The notes under the pieces were generated by a model that saw only the letters and a program-made list of their open reading frames with translations, ran no database searches and had not been told where the DNA came from. A stretch of DNA of 64,000 bases. Source: Vitrella brassicaformis CCMP3155 (taxonomy: Eukaryota > Protista > Chromerida). This document shows positions 8,711 to 20,022 of this stretch, piece by piece. The translations under genes were made by a program, and so were the position numbers. The DNA lies in assembly GCA_001179505.1 (NCBI GenBank), contig CDMY01000217.1, positions 1 to 64,000 on the forward strand, written 5' to 3'. Position 1 is the first letter of the stretch, and every line of letters begins with the position of its first letter.

Positions 8711-11608
8711 GTGGGTGCCCCTTACTCGGAATGGAGTGGAGTGAAGGAATGGGAGTGGATGTTGGAACGACTGGCTGACGACTCATGGGCATGGCTGTAT
8801 GTTCTCTTCTCGCCTGACTCATGCATCTACTATGTTGGCTCCACTGCACATTTGCATGGGAGGCACATGGAGCACATGCACAAGATGCATCATCCTTCTC
8901 CGACCGACCTGCGTGTGTGTGGCTCTGCTGTGCGTCAGCCAGTTAGGCTAGAGAGGAGATATCGGGTGTGGCGGCGGCATAATGCCGACTCACTCCACTT
9001 CCTTCCTCTTCTTCCCCATCCGCAGTTGCATGTTGTGCGTGAGATTGAGCGTGCCATCATACATGCATACCAGCCCAAAGGCAATGTGTATGATAACCCA
9101 TGCCCACACATCGCTGCGAGGGGTTTTCATGTTGCCTTGGTAGGTGGTGGTGTGCACAGAGGCAGGCCTAGCTCATGGCTTCGCCGACGCATGGATGGTG
9201 ACTCTCTCTCTCCTCACCTGCATGCCAATATGTACAGAAAAGGCCTAGAGTCGTCACTGATCGACCGTGTTGTTTGTCGGTTACATAAAGTGCCTGCTTC
9301 TCTACATGCGCCCTCTGGATTTGACCCCTTCCTGCACATCAGCCGTGGCAGCCTGCGGCTCTGCTCTGCCTCTCTCTTTCTACCCCCTTTGCCTTCAGCA
9401 AGCATACATGGAGGTGGGGTAATTATAGTCAGGCAGCACAGGCATGGCAAGAGCGGCATTCCGATCGTGCAGTTGACCTGTATGCCGACTCGAGCTGTGT
9501 ATCGCTGCTCGTATGTTTTGCAGCCGAGAAGAAGTCACGTGTTGAGTGGAAGCGGGTGTCTGATGACTCTCTTTTCCATCTGCTGCGTTTGGGGCATCGG
9601 CTGCGTGTGTGGGGGAGGAAGGTGCTCTTCCTGCGCCGCCTTTTTGGTGTATTTAGACAGCGTGGTCTCATCTGGCCTGTACGTACCAAGTTGCGTCTGC
9701 CTGCAAGCGTCTTTGTTACTGCTCGTTTACATGCTCATTTGCGCAGTGTTGTGTTGACTGAAGGGGTGGGCAGTGAGAGGTGTCGTGCTATTCTGTCGAG
9801 CGCATCATTTTGTAATTCACCTGCTCGATCTTATCGGCGGGTGCTGTGCAATCACATTGCCTATGCCAAGAGTGTGAGTGCAGATGAGATTGCCATGGCT
9901 GATACGTCCTTCCCTCTGCCTGATGGTGCATGTGCACGCGTAGAGGATAACATGGCTCTTCCTGCAATTCACGATTTGCACCGTGAGCATCACGCACTAG
10001 CGAGGGAGTTGGCTGTCTGGGCGGATGCACATGCGATCGACCTGTCTGCCTCCCTTTTTTCCTCCATTGTGACGGAGTGCTTGCGACCGTCAAAGCCCGT
10101 CACAACGGAGGAGAGAGAGGTCGCAAATCGTATCAGTCGAGTGGCCGACCAGAGTAGCGAGGGTCGTATTTGTGTGCCATTGGATAAGAACAGCAAGCGT
10201 GCCCTTGTCTGCACAAGAAAGGCATATTGTGGCATGCTGCGTCGATCCGTGGTTAATCATCTTAACTTCGAGCGCACTGAATGGTCTCCTGAATGGTCTC
10301 CTGAGGAGGCCATTCAGGCGATGAAGGATGATCTTGTATGTACGATGGGGAAGGACTGGCTGAGACTGTGCAGGAAGGGCTGGCATGTTCGCAATCTACC
10401 CTACGCATACGTGCTGCCTAAGGATAAGTCGTATGGTGTGCACGGCTGCTCCAAACAGCATGCACACGAGCGTGTCATCATGTCGTTTGTCTGTTCCGCC
10501 ACTCGCTTTCTGTTGCGCATGCCTAGTCGGGCTCTATGGATAGCTGCTATGCTTGTGGGTGTCGACTCATGGCAGCTGTGGTCCATGAAGGGTTCTCGAT
10601 AGCTTTCTGTCTGACTTCCTGTCGAGCATGCGGAAAGAGCAGGCATGTACGGAGTGCTGCGTGCAATGTGGAGACAGGAAGGATGCGTTTTCTTTTGTCA
10701 AGGGGGACATTCCATCCATGCTCACCATCATAGATGGAGACAGCGCACTCTCTGCAGCTAGGGAGATACTTACTTTGGCCAAGCACCGCACACATGGCAA
10801 GTACATCTGTGTGAAGCGAGGCACACGTGTGGAGGGTCGCATCACCAGGAAGCGCAGCAAGAACAAGCGTGAAGTGTCCTTTACGTTTGATGAGGTGGCG
10901 TGTCTGATGGGCTTTGCTTGGCGTTGGCGTGTTTTTCGCATCGGTCAGATCGTCATGCGCCAGCGCACGGGTCTGCCGATGGGTGGGATGTCTTCCATGG
11001 TAATGTCCGACCTAGCCTTGTCCGCTCGGGAGAGGGACTTTTGTCGCGAGCAGATTTTTGCTCGGCGGCGGCAAGGTCTTTTCTCGCAGCTGCCTTGGCG
11101 GGCGGTGCGTTACGTGGATGACAACCTGTATGCCTCTACTGTCTTATGCGTGTCTTGTCTGCGTCGGGTGGCCGAGTGTACATATAGCGGTTGTCTTAGT
11201 CTTGACATGAAGGAGGTTGGCTCGTCTCTTACTTTTCTAGATGCACACATCGTTGGCACACACGAGCATCCATACATCGAGCACACTAGTCGCAACAGCG
11301 AGCGTGTAGACATGCTGGCAGACATGCGTGTGACGCGCTTCTTGCCTTTCCTTGGCCGTGTGCAAGGAGAAATCGAAAGCGTGAGGGGCATGTTTCAGGG
11401 GCATGTTTTGCGTGCATTGGATTGTTCGCTTACTCTCGATGCGGCTCGTGTGGCGTTGTGTCGGGTGGTCATGGAATGGCTGCTAATGGATTACCCGGCT
11501 AACTTGCTGTATAGGTTTGTATGTGCTACACCTAATGTACATCCAATAGTGGGTGTCCTGGGTGGTGCTTTGCGTTCTCTTTTATGTGGAACACGGGAAG
11601 GGATGTAG
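8711..11608 (+). mobile_element. Penelope-like retroelement with N-terminal GIY-YIG endonuclease followed by RT (Chlamys/Naiad-type order), two frameshifts
   Basis: EN: WLYVLFSPDSCIYYVGST...RHMEH...REIERAIIHAYQPKGN. RT: PLDKNSKRALVC, LPYAYVLPKDK, ERVIMS, KGDIPSMLT, RQRTGLPMGG, RYVDD (11108-11122), LTFLDAHI. Frameshifts at ~9330-9360 and ~10590. Element ends not defined. Confidence 0.85.
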
Positions 11609-11624
11609 GGAAGGTAACGGGTGC

Positions 11625-11900
11625 GCATATGTATGTGTTGTCGGCGTGCTGTTGTTGTGTTGGTGTGCTGTGGTTATGGCAATTGTTCTTGCATCCCTGT
11701 GTTTCGTCGCTTTTCCGTTCGGGTGCTCTCTCAACACTCTCTGATACGCACGGATGCACACCGACCGGATGGCTGGCATGTATGTGACCATAATGTGTAA
11801 TGCTGTCGGTGTGCTGCTGGTGTGGTGGCTATGGCAGGTTGTTTTTTCGCACTCGTCTATCTCGCCGCTGTTTCGTTCGGGTGCTCTCTGCAGCACTCTG
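11625..11900 (+). repeat. Imperfect direct duplication (offset 158 bp) just 3' of the PLE ORF
   Basis: gttcgggtgctctct at 11717 and 11875; the shared gtatgtg..., ggtgtgctg and ggttatggca/ggctatggca blocks are in the same order. Confidence 0.7.
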
Positions 11901-12660
11901 TGGTGTTCATCAAGACACAGACCATCTGCCCACATACACACACTGACTGGCTGGCTGGCTGGCTGGCTGTGCATGCATGCTCTCAGGTGTGTTGTTTGCT
12001 TTTTGCCGGTGGTCTGCGAGTGTGGCAGCGGCAGTTTCATGTTCAGTATGTGCATACACATGTGTGTGTGCGCAGGTGGTTGATGCGTAGCTTGCTCTTG
12101 CGATGTGCGTCTGATGAGATGCTGTTCACGGAGAATGCTCAACTGTACGGCGGCTATGATGGGCTGTAGGAATTCAGAAAGAGACTGGCTACTGATACGT
12201 GTGTTGGTTGTGTATAAGACGTCGTCATTGTGTGAACTGGAATAGTTCCATTTTGGTGCTGTCAGAGAGCCTTCACGTATCTGTCCGAATGCAGCAATGA
12301 CACAATGTACTAAAAGACGGTTCGAATGCACTAACAGACGGTCCGAATGCTCCCCAAAGGACGACACTAACGCGCCGATCCATCTACTTGCCGCACCCTA
12401 ACCGTATTATCAACCACTTGTCCCCAATTCTCCCGCTTTAACAACCCCTCACCCTCCCATCACCCCGCCACCCTCGTCCATGCGACAGACAAAAATCAGC
12501 GAAAAGCCATCCCCCGATGTGACGGATGCGACAAAAACAAAACGTGGCACCACGTATCGATACATACAAACATGGGTGCGTGCGTGAAAAGGTGTATGAT
12601 GTGCGTGTGTGTGTGTGTGTGTGTGATTGGCACAGCTCAACGTACCGTGTGTTTGTCACA

Positions 12661-13849
12661 TCAATACAGCCACCCAGCAGAGGGACAGAAGTAACAGCAA
12701 GCAGGCAGTACAGCAAAAACGGAAAAATGCATACAGGTGTGGAGGGCCCTGTATCCGCCCTGTCTCCGCACTCGCTCATGACGCGCCACTCTGCTGCTCG
12801 CCACTCTGCTGCTGGCCATCCTGCTGCCTGCCACCCTTTTTTGGCAATAGTCTCGCTTGAGTACGAGGCTTCGCGCCTCCTCTGGCTTGTTTATCGTATC
12901 TACGCGACCTTCGAGCATCGTCTGCCGCATGTGACAGAGCACGGGGTTCGCATAGGGCTGGCCGCGTAGGGTGACGGGCGACGTGTGGTAGCCGTGGCCG
13001 AGGCACCCGCCCAGGTCGTCGTCGCTGTTGAAGCCGTTGCAGTCGATCTCCCACACGTTCTTGTGCACTCTGTCCATTTTCGCTGGCCCCACGCGGCCCA
13101 TCCGCTGGCGCCATCCGCTGGGGATACGGCCAAGACTGTACGTCAGAGGCCGATCGTCAGATGCGTAGTACACACACACGGTCCGCTGCCATGCAGATGG
13201 ACGACGGCTCGTTGAGCATGTTGTTGAGCACGTCGGTCGCCACCATGAAGATATCGCCGAATACGCCTTTTATCCCGTACATCTCGTCCGCTCGAATGAG
13301 CGTCTGCCACAGCACGCGGTTCATGGAATGTGCCATGATGCTCAGCTTCTTCTGCATGAGCAGGTCGGTCTTCGAGTCGGGCAGCGGCACCGTGCCAAGG
13401 ATTCGCTCGTCGGCTCGCAGCACCTTGGCAAGCATTCGCTCGAATCCTGCTACGGAGGCATATGCGCGCCGGCGGTCATTCCAGTAGTCCCGGATGATGC
13501 CGATCTTGTCGCCACATGGCCAGATGAGACCCACCACCTTCACCTTGCTCGGGTTGTCCCCTGTCTTAGCCATCGCGTTGAACTGCTCTTGGATCTTGGC
13601 CGTCTGGTCGAGAGCACTTGCGGGCTGCACGTTGAAGCCATGGATGGAGAACAGCACATGGTCGGCCTTGCTGTTGAGCAGCCGGTCCAGGAAGTTCTTA
13701 GAGAAGACTTCTTTGTGTTCATCGTCGGGGCCGCTCTTGCAGAAGTGGACGTTTCCCGTGGCATCGTTATTCTTTTCGTCGAAGCTCACGGGCTTGGTGG
13801 GTGAATCGGGATTACCGAATGACTCCTTTGTCCCACCAAGGACGTTCAT
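12661..13849 (-). pseudogene. DUF900-family alpha/beta hydrolase, intronless, bacterial-type, disrupted
   Basis: Motifs SIHGFN, LIWPCGDKIGIIRDYWND, AHSM-NRVL, FMVATD, RVCVYYASDDRPL, RMGRVGP, EIDC, GHGY. The two ORFs (13157-13849 and 12661-13179) join if one GT unit is restored in a (GT)5 run at ~13170-13180. The Gly of AHSMG is missing. Confidence 0.8.
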
Positions 13850-14749
13850 TTTGTGGTTGGTGATGAACAGGAGCTCTCTGCATGCACGTGCCTAACACAT
13901 TCATGCGACAAGCAGACAATGGAGGAACGGCTGCACGACTTACGCTCCTCATCTTTGACGTGTGTAACTCACTCGTCGGGGTCGACATCGGTTCGTCGGC
14001 TTTTGAGGGACGTAATGCGGCGCTTCAGGGGAGATCCACGAGTGCGCCCGTGCAAGAAGCCAGCAGGCGTGCCTGCCGAGAGGTCATGGCAGCGCACAAC
14101 AGGGAGGGCGACGCACACCAGCAGAAGAAGGCCCAAGAACTTCATTGGCTGAAACACAAAAGCACTCATCATGTATCTCCTGTCAAATGAAGCATACAGT
14201 ATTTGTCCATTGCGCTCACCGTTTTTTTCTCGGAGTTCTGGAGCTGTTCTTGAGCTCTTATTCCACCCGTGGGGCCCGGTGTGGGGGTGACGAGTGCGCG
14301 CGGTTCCTCCTCTCTTCAGCCGATGAATGTGTGTGCACTCAGTCATACTCAGTCGATCGCTCGTTTGCTGTCTGATAAACACACACGCTATCAACACACA
14401 TCCATCCATCATCCGTCCATCCACACACACATGCGCACGGAGAGAGAGAGGGAGAGAGAGAGAGAGACGCATGGGCACACAGATGAAATGCCCCCCCCCC
14501 CGCCCGCTATGTGAGTGAAGCATCAAGTGCTTTTCAAAGAACTCAGTCACGCCACTCATTCAGACGCACTCAGTCTCCTTCCACCACTGCTCGTGAGACA
14601 GACAGACAGACAGACCCTCTCCACCCAGTAAAACACCACCAACACCCAATCGCCAGGCAACAACCCTCAGTCCGCCACCCGCCCCCTGTTGTGACGTCAT
14701 AATCACGTCCGTGAGACCGACTGGGGGAAGCGGTCGGGTCAGCGAGTGC

Positions 14750-15400
14750 TTCGGGCGCATCAAAGGCAGAGAACTCGATCGGCAGGCTTACCGCTGACTA
14801 TCACACGACGACCTCTGTGATGTCGTGGGTCCTCAGCAGACGGCCGCGGCACGGGTCGTCACTGTCGATGCGTGCCCACAGCACCTTCCTGTGTCAACCC
14901 CGTCTTTAAAGCACCACCCGGTGGGCAAAGCAGCCTGGACAGCGGGAATGCCGGTCGCCCTGTCGGATGGCGGGGCCGGTCCGTTTGTATCGATCAGCAT
15001 AGCTCACCATAAGGCATGCACCATACGAAACGACTCATCGCCGCTCTGTTTAACGGCTTGCTGCAGCCCCAGGCTTTGTTTGTCGTATGCGAGTAGGTGG
15101 CCGAGTAGCCGACTGACGGAATGCCGTCCTGCTGGGAAGGTGGGTCATCAGCAACTGAGCCGACAACACCAGGTCAGCCCATTGGCAGGCGGATGAACCA
15201 TTCCATCAGACGCCACGCATCGGTGCCCTGCTCCAGCACATAGGCCGCCCGCAGCACGTAGGTGAATGCGGGAGGGGCCGTGATGGTTGATAGATCCCAC
15301 ACGCCCACGCCACCGCTCCACGGCACCGAAGATGCCATCAGTCAGCACCGAGTCAGTCACTGATGGCCAGCAGTGGCTGAATGAATGAAGAGATAGCATT
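14750..15400 (-). pseudogene. Degenerate member of a probable lineage-specific multigene family
   Basis: Fragments FTYVLRAAYVLEQGTDAWRLMEWFIRL, DLVLSAQLLMTHLPSRTAF, RLLGHLLAYDKQSLGL and YADRYKRT lie in shifting frames with stops. The LEQG..W motif resembles LERGGKW at 16600. Family assignment is from recollection only. Confidence 0.4.
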
Positions 15401-16319
15401 CGGTGGCAGGGGCGTCGTGGCACCAGGGAGTGCGTGGACGTACGAGAGATCTGCAGGAACCCAACGCACAAAGAAGCAGCGCGGGCAGCGGTATCAGGAA
15501 ATGCCATCAGGCCACCGTGGAAGAGGGTTGGTGGCTGGAAACGGGGAGGGCTGGCGGGACGGGATGATGGCACCGCAGGAGAAGTGGGCTGCATCGTGAC
15601 TGCTGTGAGATCTCCAAGCCGTGACGTTAGAGATCTGCAGACACACAACAGACACGAAAAAAGCATCTGCATGTTTGCGGCATTTTGACGCGTCCCCTGC
15701 CTGTCCTCTGAATGCTGCCAACCACTGCGAGCTTGGCCTGCAGATCTCTTCTTTGCGCATTTTGGTGACAACAGGGCCATGTGGATGTCTGTGAGATGGA
15801 CAAAGAGCTGCTGTGATGCTAACGATCCACACAGGTGCCGCCATTGTCTTTTTGAGTGACGCTGATCTGACGAGGTGGTGAGGTAACTTGGGGCAAGCAG
15901 GCGGGACCAGTTGATGACATCTGTGTGATGTATGTGTGATGTTGGCAGACTTTCGGCGCTTTCCCGTATCTGGTGCGGTTGAGCAACAGGGCGAAAGAGA
16001 AAGAGAGAACCATGTGTGGTCAAGCAGCCAACTAAGGTAGGGAGAGGGAAGGAAAACCGCCTGGATGCGCACAGATCGATTTTCCTTCCCTCTCAAGTCA
16101 TGCATTCACTCATGTCAACTCATGTCATGTTTGAGGACGCGCAGATGTCGGGCGGTGCTGCTGTCGCCATCTTCTGCCAATGGTGACCGACACTTTTACT
16201 GCAGAAAGACAAAATCATGCAGTCACACAGATGTTTGTGTGTTGATTGAGTTGCAGGTTCCCGCAGTATATCGTCTTTCGATCAGCAGCAGCAGCAGCAC
16301 GAGGGCGCCAGCCTTCGTG

Positions 16320-16640
16320 ATGCCGAGGATTGCCCAACACGTGACGAGCTACTCACAGGTGGCCTACTTGCGCCTTATCGACACCGACCGCAAGCCGCCC
16401 ATTTCCCCTGTGCAACCCATCTCCCTCACGGCTAACGTCCTGCTGCCCATCCTCACCCGCTTACTGCCCATTGTGGTGGCGTCACTCGGCCCCGATGTGT
16501 TGGTGCAGGCGCCCATTCCTCAGCTCACCCAGGGGGTGGCTGTCACGGTGGCCACGAGGATGCTCATCGAAGAGCTCAGCCGCCGACTGTTCATGCTCGA
16601 GAGGGGCGGCAAGTGGTCCAGATGGAAATCTGTGTTGTAG
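16320..16640 (+). pseudogene. Truncated N-terminal fragment of a similar lineage-specific family
   Basis: Reads MPRIAQH...LLPILTRLLP...LSRRLFMLERGGKWSRWKSVL*. It stops right after the LERGG.W motif. Confidence 0.35.
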
Positions 16641-17727
16641 GCGGTCCGGCAGTGGAAGATAATCAGCTGGGGGTTCGCTGTGGGAGACCAACAGATGCGA
16701 CTGATGGATGGCGACAAGATTCTCGCCTTCCCACCCTCTTCACCACGCCCACCTCCCTCTTCCCTCATCCTGGAAGCTCTGGCTTGGTTGTGTTGACAGC
16801 GTGTCGGTGCTGCGTTTCCCCTCAATCTGCACAAGCGTGACCGACAGAGAGCAATGACTTTCTCTCTTGCTGATGTGTCGTCTGCTTGTGCCCCTCGGTG
16901 TCCCTCGCCTGTACCACAATGTCGGTCTTTGTGTTGACTGCTCCACGTGTGTCCTCAGCAGCGCCTGAAACACAGAGACGAACCCAAACGGACGAACACG
17001 TGCAATCCCACACGCCCTCCCGCAGCTCCATCATATCATTCCCCAATTCTTCGCCACTCCCCCTGCACTACACACCATCCCTTGATATGAGAAAGACCAC
17101 CCAACTCACCTTTCTGTCAGTGTTCGCCCGCGGACCTGGCCTCATGTCGGAGGGCTGCGTGGGTGCTGCGCGGGGAGGGGGTACTGTGCGGAAAGGCAAC
17201 GGCAGGTGAAGGCGAAAACAGGGAGAAAGCAGGTACGTGAAGGAGAGCGCGTCGTCGGCTGCTGCTGCTCAGGGCAATGAGGACAAGCTGGCGCGAGAGC
17301 GAAAACGAGCGAAACCGGCTTCAAAAAGTGGAGGAAACTTCAAAAGTCTCGACTGTCCCCAATTCGCCCCCCTTTTGTAAACTCGGCGAATCCCAAACGC
17401 CTCAACGAATCGTATATCGGCCATCGGTCAACCATTGCTGACGCCCGATGAGTGTAATTTGACGCCATGTGCCTTCTATCTACGTAAATTATCAATCTAC
17501 GTATGTACACACGTGCACAGAGGAACCGCATGCCAGCCAGCCGTCACATTACGGCCTCCATCACATCGATCTGCCTGCATATCATATCAAGCAAGCACAG
17601 AGACTCAGAGAGATTCATGTGGTGCATGAATTCGCCAAGTAATTGGCGGCCTTCCCTCACCTTTCATGTGTGTGCGCAATTGGTGGATACAATGAATGTC
17701 ATTCAGGTCGCCAGGATTTCCCGGCAG

Positions 17728-17778
17728 TCAGGCCTCGTCAGCGGCACCACTTCCTATCACACACACACACACACTCAG

Positions 17779-17809
<31 letters not shown>

Positions 17810-18647
17810 TGAGCACTTCTGTCCTATCTACTTCAAGGGCGCATCTGTACCTTCCGCTGCAGCTCGTGTAATGTGCCTGGCTCCGACAGGCGGCTTCGGA
17901 ACCGGCGGATCACCTTCGCGACCTGCCTGTCAGCACCAATTTCTGTCATCTTGTCCAGTGCGCCCGTCAGCAACGCGATGCTCTTCACACACACACACAG
18001 GCAGGTGGACAGGGAAATGGATTCTTCTCCTGTGTGTCTTTGGGTGTGCGTACGTGTGGCGCCAGGGAGGGCATCAGGAGGGTCAGCCGGTTCACCGCGG
18101 GGACCAGGAAAGACGGAGGCGCCAGGGACACTCGAGCAAGAGCGCACGTCTGCAAAAAGCCAACACACACACATCCACAGGCTCATTCAGAGTCTGTGTG
18201 TCTGTGCTGACTGACCATGGCGACTAGGTCCCTGCCGTCGCTCCGCCGGATGCAGCCCGTCGCACGCCAAATTAGCAGCTCCCACAGCCGAGCGTCCTTG
18301 TACCTGCATTCATTCGATCACGTGTATGTGTGTGGTGGGCGTGGCGTCCTCTGTCCGTCTGATCCATCCGTCCATATCAAACCACCTACCCACCCGAATT
18401 TGGCGTATGCGTTCATGATGATTGCGGTGGCTCTTGGAGAGAATGAGCAGAGAAACTCTTTCGACAGGCGAGAGGCCACCGTCTGTCACAGCACACACAA
18501 ACGCATGTTTGTGTCTGTCTGTCTCTCTCTCTGTCTGTCTGTCTATGTCCTTGTGTGTGTGTGTGTGTGTCGGTCACTGCGACTGGCGGTGACCTGAAGC
18601 AGGTAGGTGTTCATGATGATTACACGCGCAAAGGCATTCAGGGCCAT
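17728..18647 (-). pseudogene. Partial (3' exons only) duplicate of the HPR gene
   Basis: ~17450-18660 is near-identical to ~19680-21145. It lacks the 5' exons and differs by a 5-nt indel at ~17876-17880 that shifts the C-terminal frame. Confidence 0.75.
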
Positions 18648-18652
18648 CTACA

Positions 18653-18701
<49 letters not shown>

Positions 18702-19956
18702 AGGTCGGACAAAAACAGTCGGTTCTAAATAGGTTGTTTCATATGTTTTCGCACCCAGGGGTACCAATATTACTTCTCTATCAGTCGTATGTGGGCCTAC
18801 AGGTGGCCGACAAGGATCATCCTGCGGTCAAAAGTGGCAAAATGGTGACATTCTTTTGCGCTTGCGTAGCGTCGTCAGTTTTGCTGACCTGCCCCTCTCT
18901 CTCGGCACCTGTGTGAACAACCCAAGGGTGCAATTGATCCATCTGTTGGATGGGCCGGGCCTCACCCACAGAGCGAAAGACGTGCCTGCAGAGATAGATG
19001 ACACTCATGCATAGAGAGAAGTTCCGCTGCGCGTCAGAAAGTTCCGCTCGACGGCTGTGCGTGTCGTGTCGGGCTGGATGCCCTGGTCAATCAATCTGCC
19101 GCCCAGGAATCTCCCGCACACGGTCAGAACACCCCACACAGAGAACCATGTCTGTGAGTGCGATTGGCAAACGCACCTACTGTGAACAGACAGAGGCCTA
19201 TCAATCAGCACATAGCAAAGCCCTCCCTCATCGAGAGCAATCCTCTGACTGACACACGAATGAGCCTCCGGCTCTTGGCGCAACCAACACAGCCATACAT
19301 CTTGAGGGACCTGCACACACAGACAGACAACAGACACAGAGAGAGATGTCAGTCAGCTTATCTGATCTTCTGGCTGCTCCTGGCTGCGTGTGTGGCCTTC
19401 CTGTGAGCCTCTCTGCTGCTGATCTGGGCGTTTGGTGCGCATGCTTCTCCCTTTTCACACGTCTAAGCTCGCATTTTGCCGATCGCTGGGTCGGAGGCTT
19501 TCTCCCATTGCAAGGGGGGCGGGGCGGCGGCTGACGTGCTCATCTAAACCCTAGCTATGCGTGGGGTTTGCGAATTTTGTGAATGCGCGTGTGCAGCAGC
19601 AGGCGGCGGACACACCCACACACAGGTTTGTTCAGTTCATCGTAGAGAGAAGCAACCGTCCGTCGGTCTGTGTATGCAGACTAATATGACACCATGCGCT
19701 TTGACATACATATCAAATCTATATAGCTGTGCAATCAATCTGCTATGTACACACAGCACAATTAACCGCATGCCAGCCAGCCGTCACGCCCTCCATCACA
19801 TCGATCTGCCTGCATCAAACAAGCACAGAGACTCAGAGAGATGCATGTGGTGCATGAATTCGCCAATTGATCGGCGGCCTTTTCTCACCTTCCATGTGTG
19901 TGCGCAATTGGTGGATACAATGAAGGTCATTCAGGTCGCCGGGATATCCCGGCAAA

Positions 19957-19988
19957 TTACGCCTCGGCATCGGCACCATTTTCTATCA

Positions 19989-20022
<34 letters not shown>

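Noticed and set aside
9300-10610. Selenocysteine (TGA) recoding in the PLE ORF, as in some Naiads
   Set aside because: The breaks are best explained by frameshifts, not by in-frame TGA codons at Cys positions.
12111-12180. Hammerhead ribozyme near the PLE 3' end (ctgatgag at 12111)
   Set aside because: No correctly placed GAAA core or supporting stems could be found by eye.
19544-19554. Interstitial telomere (ctaaaccctag; similar single motifs near 7447, 12396 and 36600)
   Set aside because: Only single or degenerate units are present, never an array, so chance cannot be excluded.
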